Origin: Amoebophrya sp. A120
Lineage: Eukaryota; Protista; Dinoflagellata
Length of the DNA stretch: 64,000 nt
NCBI GenBank assembly: GCA_905178155.1
Contig: CAJINV010000002.1
Coordinates: 2,698,226-2,762,225, forward strand
Direction of reading: 5' to 3'
The notes beneath the pieces are model-generated. The model worked only from the letters and a program-made list of their open reading frames with translations, made no database searches and had not been told where the DNA came from. Positions 26,238-40,000 of the stretch are shown here, piece after piece; position 1 is the first letter of the stretch, and each line of letters begins with the position of its first letter. The position numbers and the translations under genes are program-made.

Positions 26238-29200
26238 ATGCAGCCCGCCCTCCAGGTCGGCGATGCAAACCAGAGCCTCCTTCTTCAGCCAGCCACGACC
26301 CCGACTTCCTCCGAGGCCGTCGTGGTGACTACCCCGGTGGAGCAGATTAACAAGCAGCACATCTCTCCGACGCTGCGAAAGGAGAAATACGGCGAAACAG
26401 TGAAATCCCCCACCGCGCCCGACGCCCCAAAAAGGGATAAGCTTTGCCGCGCCGGCGGCTCACGAAACGGAAACAACGACTCCTACGCCCGGCACATTTT
26501 CGACCTCGCACCAAAACTAAGATCGGCGGAATCGAACGAATTGCTCGACCACAGCTCGTATCAAATGCAACTTTCCATGGGTCTAGAACATGGCAACTTG
26601 TCATGCGACATCAGAATCATGCAAGAATCTGTGTTGCATGAGTACCAAAAGCCAACCATTTTTGACCAAGGCGACAGGGAGTTTGTTCTCATGCAGAATA
26701 GGCATGGCAGAGATCTCACAGAATCTGTCATGCTAGGTCCTGCATTCCAGACCTCATGGGTCATAGAAAACCTGCATTACAAATCGCGCACTCTTCCAGA
26801 CCCAGACATATTTGCAGTGCATAGTTCCGAAAACGATGCGGATGACGAGCACGAGAAGGTGGAAGATGGCGCGGTGGGGATGGAAGTGACAGAATCTGCC
26901 GGTGGCCTATCAAATGCAAATATGTCTCGGTGGTCTGGAAATATGTTATGACAACAGTTGTCATGCGTCAGCTTTGGAAGGAGCCACGCAGCGAACGCTC
27001 ACCATGCGCAGCCAAGCATCATGAGAAGTTTTTGTCATACCTGTGTGCTGCATATAATTGTGCGTGACAAAGTGCGTTTCATTCACATGACAAGCAAGCG
27101 GACCCATTCGCTGGCTAGCATGACAGAGTTCATCAGGGACAGACCAGGCAACCACGACAAATCTTGCATTCTTCCAGACCTAGAAAGACATATTTGCGTT
27201 TGATAGAACCTTAACAACAACAATCTAGACGACGGTTTGTTTTCCTCCATGGAATCGGGGATCATGGATTTGGATTCGCCCATAGAAGTAGACAACAACG
27301 GGGATAAAAAAGATACCAACGGGAATCATGACAAAGGATTACGAGAAGGTGGAGCAACAGCAAATGCAAACATCAACATCGCAAGAACCACTTCCCCGAC
27401 TGCAACGGATGAACTACAACAAACCAGTATCATCGAAAACGACAACAATACCTCTTTTGTAATGATTGGACAGGAAGACTCTGTACTCGGCCTAGAACAG
27501 CCCTTCAGCCACACGAACAATGTGATCACGATGAACAGCAACGTCCTCCACCTGGCGGGGTTGAAGGGGTTGGACGCGTTCGACTTGGACAGTTCCCGGA
27601 ATGACAGTGTGATCAACATGCAGGTGGAACCGTCTTTGGTGGTGGATTCGGTCGAGAACAACAGGATAAATATGACCAGCTCGATGGACTTGGAACCGAC
27701 AACAAACACAGCAGCTACTAGGCCAAAAACGGGCGAAGTAGTAGAACAAAAAAACAACCGTGGAGCAGGAGGTTCTTTATCTTTATCCCCACCACCAAAC
27801 CCACGAGGCGTGCTCCCCCCGCCACCCAGACGGAGCGGTGGAACTACAGCTGGGAATAAAGTAACAAGCGACGGGAAAAATTATAATCAGGATTTGGACA
27901 AATCCCTCGAGATTGACCAGGGGAACAGTCGCAGTAACTCCCCAGTTATGCAAGAATAAAACTGTGTGGCTGTAAGTCTGTGATGCAGAAAATACAAAAC
28001 TGTCACACTTGTCATGCTGGATGTGCGTCATAGGCTACTTCCATACGTGTTTCCACGTACTAGCTGCGCATGACAAGTTTTCCCTGTAATGCAGAACGAA
28101 TTTGTGATCCTGCTCTTCCTACAGAGTTACACTTACACAGTTTTTTTTCTGGATACCAGTGTTAGGCGTAGAAGGACCAACATCGAGTACAACTAATGTT
28201 GACATCAACACGGACAAGAACAACAGCACAAGCGGCAATACAATTCCAGTTTCCAGTTGTGGTGCTGGAGCTGGTTCAACTTCAACTTCTTCCCAACAGC
28301 AGCTCCACCAAGCCAGACTGGACGCGATGCAAACTTCTCCGGGAACAACGTCAACCGCTGCAGTTCATCCTGCCGCTCCATCGAAAGTGAATCACTCCTC
28401 CCCCCTTACCGGCGTGCATCGGCAAACGTGGAAAAAGGACGACTACGAAAACGTGGATAAAAGCGGAGCTGCGGGGTACAAGAAGGGTAGTACTTCTATG
28501 GGTCATATCATGGGCCCGCCGATGATGATGTCGCACAACAAATCCAGCGGAAGTAGCAAGTTTCACAAGGGCGGTGGAAAGGGGAAGTTCTTTTCATCAA
28601 AGTCGAAGGAAAAAGATTTTTACAGCAACAGTCCGTATAATAGCAGTAGTTGGAATTACAATTATGGCACCAGTCCGAACACTGGAAAGTTGAACTACGA
28701 CTACCCGAGCAATAGTTTCGAACAACAACCAGGAAGTGGCAGCTTCGATTTCAGCATGGCAGGCGGGTTAGCATCTTCCTCTTCTTCTTACCAACATTTC
28801 TACAACGGGCAGCATACTACAGCGCAGCACTACGCGGGAGGAGGTGCTATCAGTAGCACTAACTCTCTATCAACTGTAAAAATGTCTGGGTCTGGAAGAA
28901 TGCATGTTTGTCATGCTTGTCTGGCATGACGCCTAAATCTGGCATGCGCGTTACCCAAGAGCCCCACTTTTCTGTGATGCAGAAACGCAGTTTGTCATGC
29001 AGAATAGGCAACACCTAGAAGCTCAGAAACTTGTCATGCTGCGCCAGCACTTGTGGCCTCATCATGAGACGCCACCCAGCATCACAAATTTCCAGACCCA
29101 GACATTTTTACAATCCATACTCTCCCGCCCTCGGACACCCACAGGTTGGGGCGGTTCCGTATCAAAAGGAAAAATCCCTCCTCACCATATCGAAAAGGTA

Positions 29201-32200
29201 TGTCCTCGAAAATTTGCGTTGCTGATTTGTGACCACAAATCGGGTCTATCTTGCAAGGAGGCACACTCAGGCTGTCCGCCACGTTATGCAGGCGGTTTGT
29301 CATGCTGTAAGGCCTACAGGGTAGCCGTCTACCATGCTAGGCGCCTACACCAAAAGGCCACCACCTAGGCGCAAGATCTGCGGGCATTTCTGTACAGCAA
29401 CACAAATTTGATTTGTGTATCCAAATCCAGCATCAGAAGTTTCGTTTTGATATAGGGAGAGGGGGTTTTTCCTTTTGATATTCCGAGCACGATGAGCATG
29501 CGCGTGAACGTTTCGACCCCAATGTTCGGCACGACCGGTGAAGACGATGATTTGACGTATTTTTTGGACCAGTTGGGCGGGGCTGGTGTTCCTGGAACGA
29601 GTAGCACACCGACGCCGAGCTTGGTTGCCGCTGTAAATAACTCCGTCTTTGCGCAGAACTCGCCGCTGTTTGCGGATGATTTGACGGGTTTTTATGGCGG
29701 CGGGGCAGCTGGTGCAGCAGCTCAACATGCGGGTAGTTTTAATACTACAGGAGGGCTCAACAAGTCCGAGGCGAATTATTGGAACAAGTTTGATCATGCT
29801 GCACCTGCATCTGATGATCGTCCATTGGGGATGAACACGAACAACAACGCATCTTCCTCCACTGGCTTGCAGATCCCGATTCCCACCACCGATGTCTCTA
29901 TGATGTCGGTAGAGGACCTGTTGAACAGCAGCAGCCACAGCTTATCACCGGAAATATCAAATGCAAAAATGTCTGGGTCTGGAAAAGTGTAGACTTGTCA
30001 TGCAGATTTTCCATGACCCATGAGGTCTGGAATGCGGAACTTAGCATGACAGACTCTGCGAGGTCTCTGCCATGCCTATCCTGCGTGAGGAACTCCCTTC
30101 CAACTTGGTCAAAAGTGGACAGCTTTTGGCACTCATGCGGCACAGATTTTTGCATGCTTCAGATTTACCATGACAAGTCGCAATCTTCCAGATCCAGACA
30201 TTTTTGCAATTCATAGGAAAAAAACTTGAACAACCTCTCCGGCGAGGATCTGCAGCAGCAACTAGGACTACTGGACAGTCACTGGGGCGGTCAACCTGAG
30301 CAAAAGCTGCATCTTCACAAGGCCGCGGGGGGTATAACAAAAACACCTTCTAATGGTAGAACAGCACCCGCCTCTTCTTCCGCACCTCCAGCGGACTACA
30401 ACTTTCTCCAGCAAATGCTATCCTGTGCAAAAGTATCGCACTCGTAGTAATCGCAGTCATGCATTACAAATCTTCATCCCAAGGTAAAACAGCATGACAA
30501 ATTCCATTTTTCATGCTGAGCTAATTTGTCATGCCATTTATACTAGTACGATACTTCTGCAGTTCATAATTGCTCTTGTTCAACAACGAGGCAACCCACG
30601 ACCCGGTGCCAAAAGTAGTAGTACCGCCGAGGAGCGCTTCTCTCGCTGTGGAGACGGAGAATTTAGAGCAGACAAACAATAGCAAGTGGTTATTCTGAGG
30701 ACAAATCCCCCCTCCCCATATCGAAAAGGTGTGTTTCCGAAAAATTGTGTTGCTGATTTGAGGTCACAAATCACGTCTGTCTTGCAAGAAGACAAGCGCA
30801 AAGGCTTCCGCACCATTATGGAATCGATTTGGCATGCTGTTGCGCCAAGGGGACACCCGTTTGCAATGCTAAGCAACCAGACCTATACACCCCTACCTAG
30901 GCCGGGGATCTGGCTGCGATGCCTTACTGCAAGACAAATCCGATTTGTGTACCCAAATCCTGCGTCACGGATTTCCATTTCGATATGGGGAGGGGGGATT
31001 TTTCCTTTTGATAGTGGTGGGAGCAGATTCTGGGGGCAGAAGACACGACGACGACGGACAGCTCAAAAATCGCAACAGCGTTATCTTCCTGCGCTGGTCC
31101 TTCTGTTGCCGAGGCCGCTGCGGCGGCGGAGGCGCTGCTGACTGCGGCAACAAGTGCGAAATCTAATACCGTTGCGGCCGCTATTGAACAAGCACAGAAT
31201 ATTCAAACGGTAAAGCCCCCGCCCACAACCACCTCGACGAAAGACGAATCTGTCGCCGTTTTGCAGGAATTTTTAACCCAGATTCAGGACGAGGACAAAA
31301 TCAAGAAAATCAAGGAGCAGCAAACCCCAAAAGCGCTGACGCCCTTTTATCCTGAGCAAAAACGTCCCCGCCCCATAGTCAAGTTTGTAAATCTGCAACA
31401 CAAATCGCCAAGCTTTGGGAGTTGTGCATGACAAGTTTCCGTCTGTAGTATACATAGTGGTGCTTAGCAAGGCAAGCCGCATGAGAAAGCCAATTTCTCG
31501 TCCTGTTTTACAGCATTAAAAATGCCAAATCGTGATTGGAAATGCCTCGCATGGGTATGCGCATTACAAATGTTCCTGTCATTGCGCATTTGCATTACAA
31601 CTCTGGGTTGGGGACGACGTTTTTGCTGAGGATACCTTTCAACGCAACAAGCAGCTGAACGCGCAACCTTTTTTGTTGCTGCAGAAGAAGGAATACGAGG
31701 AAACGGCTTCGGAAATGGAAAAACCAGTCCCGGTACCCGTGCCGGCTGCAGGTATTTATAAATTGATACGGTGTAGTAAGTATAGTCTGTTGTTCTATCT
31801 TCATATTTCAAGAACTAAACTACATCGGGAGGTGATCTTTGTTGCTGTCGTGCTTGGCATGCATACGGATCCACTCCAGGACGACCTTGGCAGATGTCAT
31901 TCTTATACGCAAGAACTACCCGAAAGATGAACTCGGTACTATGCATCCAGTATAACAACAACATCTTCTCTTTCCGAGAAGAAGACGTCACAAATAAACA
32001 AAACCTATCAGGTTCCAAACCTCCAACCGGTGACAGTACTAGCAGTAGCGGCACGACCAGTTCTAGCGGCGACACTGCCATCAATACCACACCAAGCGGG
32101 CTTGCCTTGGATAAGAAAGCCCGTGCGTTACAGCGGCAAAACCCGGTTTTTTTGTCCAGTAAGTACCTCGCGCCTGTTTCGACGAGTAATGGTAAATCCG

Positions 32201-32691
32201 GAGCATGCGGTGGTTCCGATGAGGATACAGCGAAGATGAAAATAATGGACGACAGAATTCCGGTGGATGAGTTAGTTTCGTTGAAACGAACCAACTCGAT
32301 GGCAAACGGGTCATCTTCGTTGGCGGAGTGTCCTACTTCGGGAAGCAGGTTGGAAGTAGGGGATACAAACACGACGACCCTACTTCTGCTCCTTCCGGGA
32401 ACGTCAACGAGTAACAAGGGGACCAACAGGAGCAACAACTCTGAGCAGGAGGACGACAACAATAAGAAATCCACCGGGGCGGAAAACGAAAAAGTACCAT
32501 CCTCTGCGAGCAGTAGCGCCGCAGGCAGTGTCCTCAGTGCAGCTGCAGGAAGCATTACAGGCCGGAACAAAAACAATCCAAGCCGGGAGGAGAAAGTCGC
32601 GAACAAGGCGAAAAATCGGGGCGTTCTTGGGCCACCCACGAAGGTGCAGCGACTCGGATCGCCCGCGAAGAATTTCAATCCGTTTGGGTGA
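26238..32691 (+). CDS. Large low-complexity hypothetical protein
   Basis: Exons joined across 9 introners and GT-AG intron 31752-32011; no recognisable domain. Confidence 0.6.
26559..26823. mobile_element. Introner type A
   Basis: Degenerate DR gctcg/gttcc. Confidence 0.82.
26908..27205. mobile_element. Introner type A (degenerate)
   Basis: DR eroded tggcc/gaacc; frame still restored. Confidence 0.8.
27947..28155. mobile_element. Introner type D
   Basis: DR ccagt. Confidence 0.88.
28868..29119. mobile_element. Introner type A
   Basis: DR ctctc. Confidence 0.9.
29160..29480. mobile_element. Introner type C
   Basis: DR ttccg. Confidence 0.9.
29955..30215. mobile_element. Introner type A
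   Basis: DR ggaaa. Confidence 0.9.
30419..30568. mobile_element. Introner type B
   Basis: DR aatgc/attgc. Confidence 0.88.
30691..31013. mobile_element. Introner type C
   Basis: DR gtggt. Confidence 0.9.
31348..31634. mobile_element. Introner type E
   Basis: TIR tatcctSagcaaaaacgtc; DR ccttt. Confidence 0.9.
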
Positions 32692-34040
32692 AAGAAGATG
32701 ACGCAGCTGGTGCTCCAGGGTTTTTATTTTTTTTTCAGTTTTTTTTTTCGATTGGTATTGCTTGTGCTATTCCTATTGTTTCCAAATGCAAGAACACGAT
32801 AATTGTTGAATTTTTTCACCTCCATGCATGTGATCGTCGTACTTATTTACCTCATAACGCAATTATGCCTACTCTACTCCGATGATCGATCATTAATTTA
32901 CCACTTTGTTCCACCGCTACATTGAGTTTTTTTCTCGCACCATCGAAGTACCCACCTCTTCATGGTTTTTTGACAACATTTTTTGTTTCGCCGAGTCTAT
33001 TTCAGTTTCGCTTTCATCAAACTAAGGAGTTCTTGCACTTGCTTGTGCAGGAGCAGGAGTGTCCTTCCAGTATAAAAAAAATGCATGATACGATGTTTCA
33101 GCAGGTTCATGCAGGGTCGGGTCAATCAGTATACTTTTTGAATTCAATGTAGGATAGACATGAATGTCATAGTTTTATTCGTCAACATGCGACGACTGTT
33201 ATTGTGTCTGCCGAAGGACGAGATTTACTGAAAAATTATGAAAAACAACATTGAATAGAACCATGTAAATTACCATTTGAGCAGTTGCGCTTCTTGTACA
33301 ATTTAATTCAATTTGATTGTAAAAAATGCTACAACGACTACTACATGCTGTCGTCGCGGCCGCGGCCGTGGACGCCGAATAATTCTTGAATGCATACGAA
33401 ACTGCTGCAGATTTTTAGTACTTACTTGCTTTCCATAAATATTGCTGGTAGTGACAAAAACACAAACTACGCCTCCACGCAGAAACGCTTGGGATGTTGT
33501 AACAAAGCCTCTACTTGTCCTTGTGTCTCGACAGTGGTCGACGCACAGAGAAGATCTTCTGTTCGCACTAGTAGTAGGAGACGACTCGTCTCCGGTTTGT
33601 ACACTGCACCGCAGTGGTACAACTTGCGCGTGCGCTGCCGCTGCCCAGCGCCGGCCACAGATATCGATACGTTTAAAAAAAAGAGCCTGAAGAAAGTAGA
33701 TCTTCATTGGACCCCCTCGAGAGTTTGGTGGAGTTGATGCGGGCTTTGATGTTTTTTGGATGGAAATGAGTTGCCCTTGCCAGCGAGTTTGAAATGTTGA
33801 GGGGTAAGAAGTATGCAGCAAGAGCCTCTGAGTGCCGCATGTGGAAGTTTTTCTTCTCTTCTGTACTCTACTGCAGGACCACTTTCCAACGACTGCATTT
33901 ACATTACTACATTCTGCGCCCCAGATTGAGATTTATTTATTAGACACTTTCCCTGTATGATTATTTGTACCAGAACTTCGCTTGATTACATTAGGTAGAC
34001 ATTTGAGTATCATTTTTCCTTGCTCGTCTACGAAAAAGCC

Positions 34041-37000
34041 ATGTTGCGTGTGGTGCTGCAAACACTTTTCTATTTCGCCGGCCCCATGGCCGTGGCCGCC
34101 GCCGCAGCTTCGTCCACCCCCGCCTCCAGCGCCCCTTCGCGACCTCCAAACGCCATCCTGGCACCCCACAAAGCCTGCACGACCAAGTGTGGGGCGGCGC
34201 ACTTCGCACCTACAACAACGGGGGACGCTATTGCAAGGAAGACGAGGATACGATTTGGTTTCTCCGAAACGTCCGCTTTCCCGGAACTGAAAGAGACCGA
34301 ATGCGCGGAGTGCTACGACCCGGCGACACAGAAAATACCGGAAGAGAAAAGTGTTACAGTTACACATTGTGTTGCAGGCCAAGCAAGACAGACGAGCTCT
34401 GTCATGCCGGATATGCATAGGAGCCTCGTTTCATAGGTGTTTGTTCCCCGTAGGATTTCTGCATTACAAGTTTTCTCGCTCATGCAGAGAAATTTGCGTT
34501 GCTGAATTCACTACAAGAAATGTGTAACTGTAACACTTTTTTCGTGGGATAGAAAAGACAGCTGAACGAGTACGGTGTGCATCCCATGTTGGACAAGACC
34601 ACTGACGATAAAAAGTATACTGGGTCTACTAGTACTTCCGCGGATTTGGACGTGGCTGCTTCATCTACCACCTCCTGCCGCGCACCCTATGCGGAGATAA
34701 AAACAGCAAACTTGATGTCCCCGTCGTCCGAAGTAGTAGATTCTGGCAAAATTGTACCAAATGCGCCGTCCTCCTCCCCGTCGTCCTACTGCTGCCGGGT
34801 CCGACTCTGTGGCAGGAGTGAGGATCGAGATAGTAGTAATACGAGACGCAATACCAAGGCAGGAGTACTAGTAGAGCCGCAAGGAGGAGGACAACGACAA
34901 CATCTTCACGACGAGAAAGAGCCGCGCGAAGAAGTAGAAGAAGTTCAAGGAGCTGCAGTAGATGACGAGTCGGAACTACCTGTGATACCCGAAGAAGAGG
35001 TGGATTCGTTCTTCGAATTCATATTCTACCAGTACTTCTACCGGTTTCTCCGCTCCCTCTCTAACGTTTTTTCCCTGATCTTCCGCGCCCTCTTACCGGT
35101 CGAATTTCTCGAAACGTATTTGATTTACCCGGTGTATGGGAGTGTCAGGATCGAAATCGACAAAATCGAAAAATTTGTGATGCATAAAATGTAGGGCACG
35201 CGACGCCTGTATTGGGGAGCAGGCAAATGAGACCGATTGTAAGCCTGTTTAGGGGTATACAATGTGTTGCCAGAGTAGCATGACAGGAGCAGTCTGCTTT
35301 GCCCAAACAGCATGACAGACTGGATTTTGGTGGTCCCGAAACTTGTCATGCGCCACTTGGAAACTGAGGCTCCGACTGGCATCGATTTTGTGCATCACAA
35401 GTTTTTCGATTTTGTCGATTTCGATTCTGACACTTCCATACGGTGAAATTCCTGTTCTACGACTTCCTCTACGTCACTCTCATTTCCGGTGTGTTCCTCG
35501 AGAACTGGCTTACCTGGGTCGTCTTGCTGATCTCCTACGTTTTCGGAAAACGGTTTCTCCAGCGGTTGTTCGGACCGGAGATCGTGAACGTGAAGACGCT
35601 ATGTACTGCAAAAGTATCGTATTCGTATGAATGCATTACAAATTGAGTTGCATTACAAATTGCGGATTTAGATTTACCTTAAGCAAAAGATTTGTAATGC
35701 ATGACTGCAATTACTACGAGTGCGATGCTTTTGCAGTTCATAGACCCTGCGGAAAAGGAACGACACGCACGAGAAGAACGTGACCCCTGAGTTTCTGCAT
35801 ATCAAATGCAACAATGTCTGGGTCTGGAAGATTTTGAGATTTGTCATGCTTGTCTGGCATGACTAAAAAGTTTGTGATGCGTGTCCGCGAAGAGATCGTT
35901 TTGCCTGTCATGCAAAAACGCAGTTTGTCATGCGAAAAACGCAACACAAAGAAGCGCGCCTATTTCTCATGCTTGCCTGTGCATTACAGAGCATTCACTA
36001 TTCCCAACGCAGCATTACAAGTTTCCAGACCCAGACATATTTGCAATCCATACTGCAAGCAGATTTGCAAAAAGAGGAGTTCGCGCCGCTGGTTTTGCCG
36101 AGCTTCTACCTGTATCCAGTGCAAAAGTATCGTACTAGTCGTAGTAATTGCAGATATGTGCACTACAAATTTAAGTGTTGAACTGAATCCGCATTACAAA
36201 TTCAATTTGTAATGCTGGGCGAATTTGTATTGCAATTTACACTACTAGTGCGATGCTTTTGCAATCCATAACCTGAAGTGGGATTACGAGGAAAAGGTGA
36301 AGGAAATCGTGAAGGAGGAAGTGGTATGAACTGCAAATGTATCGTACTCGTATAAAAGCATTACAAATTGTCTCAGCATGAGAAATCAAATTTGTCATGC
36401 TGATTCACGTAAAGAAAAATTTTTGTATAATGCACGACTTGCATTTAATATACGAATACGATACTTGTGCACAGGATAAATGGAAAAACGCGTTTCGGAA
36501 TCAAGTTCCCAGGGCGTCGTGGCAGCTGCACCAGGGACGAGTAGCAGCCCGGGGTGGAGGAAAACAACAACAAGTCCTTCCGGTGAAAAAATAATGTCAG
36601 AAATAGAGATGGTAGGTCACGACCGCCTCTCCCCACCAGGATCGCCCCTGAGCTTGCCCGCGGTCACGCCATTGTTTTCGCCGTCTGTTCCTGTCGAGGA
36701 CGGGCTGCAGCTGGTGACTACAGGAACTACTCCTTCTGGCGGCGATTTGCGCCTGCGGAATCATTTAAACAAGGGAGATAGTAGTACAAGTATCGGTATG
36801 CAGCAGGGCAGTGGTGAAAGAGCAAACTCTCAACGACCGAGTCAAACAGAGACGCAAACTACCATCGCACAGGTGATCACTGCCGCGACTTCTTCCACGC
36901 CTACAAGAAGATCCCTAGTAGCCAAGACGACCGGCAGCCCCTTGCTGCAATCGAAGAAACCCTTGGCGCAGCCGACGATGCTGATACCGTATTCCTACGT

Positions 37001-40000
37001 CGGCCCTGCGCTGAAGCAGCTGCAGATAACTCCATCAATACCAACCAAAAACCTAGTAGAGAAAGAGAAAGACAGCGAGCAGAGCGATGTCAGCGAGGAC
37101 GACAGCAATGAGGGGATGAAATCCCCGTTGAATAGCACGCTGACCGCGGACGGGGCGCTCGATTTTTCGCTTAACCGGGAGGACAAGGACATTGACTTCT
37201 CCACCGAACTTCCCTTACTGACTCCGATGAAATCTTCTGCGGTCGTGGCTTCGCTGAGCAGTAATAAACAACTACAACCCGAGTTTAATAATAATGTTCC
37301 CGCTGCTAGTACAGTAAGAACCGCTGCAAGTTCTTCGTTCTCGCCGAGTACTAGACCAGTGTCCCGAAGCTACTCCGCGATGCACTTATACGAGCACTAC
37401 AAAGACTACCAACGGGGGCAACAGCACCAGGAGGAGCAATTATCGGTGAAAAATAAAGCCGCGACAAGTAGTGCGAGACCGACGACGTCGAAAGTTACCA
37501 CGACTTCCAACGTCGGCATGGGAACATTATGCTGTGCAAAAGTATCGTACAACTCTATATTGCAAATACGCATGACACATCTTTCTCCTGAGGTAAAACA
37601 GCATTACAAATTCCATTTTTCTTCTTGCCAAAGTTTGTAATGCAATTTGTACTAGTACGTTACTTTTGCAATGCATAAACATCTTCCAACAGCAACACCT
37701 ACGAACTTGGGCAGACGCCGCTGCTGTGCTTTGTGAACCCGAAGTCTGGGGGACAGGAGGGGTACAACGTTTTACGAAAGTTGCGCTCGATCCTGCATCC
37801 TCTGCAGGTGATTAACTTGAAGGAGAAGGTCGAAATCTACGAGCCCATTGACGTTCTGAAGTGGTTCATACAAACCTTTGGCGCGTCCCGGGTCCGGATT
37901 CTGATCTGCGGCGGGGACGGAACCTGCGACTGGGTGCTAGACATGCTCGACCAGCTGGACAGCAAGTACGGCCCAGAACTCTTTCAGCCGGACGAGAACT
38001 ACCCGCCGGTGGGGATCTACCCGCTCGGGACGGGAAATGACCTAGCGCGGGTGTTTGGTTGGACCAACGACTCCCCTTTTGCCTACCGGCCGACGTCTTC
38101 CTCGGGATCGGGGAGTCTGGTGCAGAACCAGTTCTCTTCCGCCCGGTCGCTGTTCGCAAATTACCTGCTGAGAACGACGAAACTCTTTTCCAGTGAAAAG
38201 CACGGCTATGAGAGTGCACAGCCCGCTCCCCCCTGTCATTTGTATTGCATGAGCAGCAATTATACAAGCGTCAGCAGGAATGCAGGTTTTGCATGACAAA
38301 TCTGCGCAGCATTGTAGTGCCACTTGGGCTGCCAGAACTTGTCATGCAAACAATGCCACGAGGCAACCAAAGCACGGACTTGGTATTTTGCATGATAAAT
38401 GAGGGGGAGGGGGAGTTGTGCACTTTCATAACGGTCTGAACGTGCTGCCGAGGAACGACCCAATCCGCGAGTACTTGACGGAGTTAGTGACCGCGCGGGC
38501 TTTATCCTGAGCAAAAATGTCCCCACACCAGAGTCAAGATGGGAAATCCGCTAGACAAATCCATAAGCTTTGGCTGTTTCGCATGACAAATTTGGACGCG
38601 TAGTGTAGTGCTGTTTGAGCTAGCTAAGCAGCATTACAGATCTAGTATCTCATTGTTGATTGGCGCATTACAGATTTCCAAACCGCATTGGAAAATGCTT
38701 CTCATGGGGCTCCGCATGAGAAACATTTTAAGCATGCAGAATTGCATGACAACTATGGTGTGGGGACGTTTTTACACAAGATAGGTTTGCTTCCTCGATC
38801 GCTGGCAGGTAACGACTTACGTGAAGAAGAAGCCAGCCAAGCCACGGAAGACGACAGGGGCAAAAATGAACCTTGCGGAGACCATATCCAAGAAAAAAAC
38901 TGTGTAAATGTAACTTTGTGTTGCAGACGTATGTAAAACACTTATCCCCTGTCATGCTGGTCATGCATCAGAGGCTCTTTTCGTAAGTGTTTTCACATAC
39001 TACCTACGCATGACAGGTTTTCTGTGTCATGCAGAGCAAACTTGTGATGCTATTCCTCCAAGAAGGTTACATACACTAACACAGTTTTTTTCTTGGATAG
39101 ACCATCAGGAATACCGGGTTTGCGCTCGAACAGAGAGTGGTGGCATATCCTGAGTAAAAACGTACCCACACCAGAGTTGTAATGCAGATTTGCAAAGACA
39201 GGAAGACTTGTAATGCGCATCCGCAAGAGAGCAATTTTCAGTCGTGTTTTGGAATTTGTGATGCTGTGAACAGGATGAGCAGATGAATCTGTGATGCGGC
39301 TGCACTTGCTAACCTGCACTACACTGCAGAGTGCAACTTGTCATGCGTGACTCACAAAACTCCTAGGTTTGTCTTGCAAAATCCCCATCCTGACTCTAGT
39401 GCGGGTACGTTTTTACTCAGGATATGGCAAGGTACTCATTTAAGTACAACAAGTGTGTATATGTCTCTCGTTGTTCTTCTGCATGACAGATTTATTGTTT
39501 CTACCTTTCTTTATTCTGTTCCCCTTTCCGCATGGCAAGTCACTGTCACTATTTTCCATTCGATGCGAGTACAATATAAACGAAACTACAAACCAGTCTC
39601 CGCGGTCGCAGTGGCAGCGGAAAGTCGTCAAGTTCTTCTCCGACCGAGGACCGAGGGCCGTCTATCGTGAGAAAACATCGTCCCTCCCCATACTCACAGT
39701 GGAAATTATTTGTGATGCTGATTTGTGGCCACAAATCACTCAGCTTGCACATGAGGCAAATGGGAGCCGTGTGGCGCATTCCGCGGCCAAGCTGTCATGC
39801 GCTTTTTCCTACTGCAAAGCTGTCTGCCATGTCTGAGTGCTAGCCTTTTGCATACCTAATCAGGCTGAGTATGTTGTACCTGCGAGCGCTTACTGCAATA
39901 CAACGCTGATTTGTGTACGCATGTCCAGCAACAGAAATTTCCGCTTGTTCAATATGGTGAGGGGGCTTTTTTCACTTTGATACCGTCGGTACAGGAGGGA

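Noticed and set aside
12180-32678. Long minus-strand ORFs (12180-13079, 27326-27757, 31815-32678)
   Set aside because: Antisense shadows of + strand low-complexity exons
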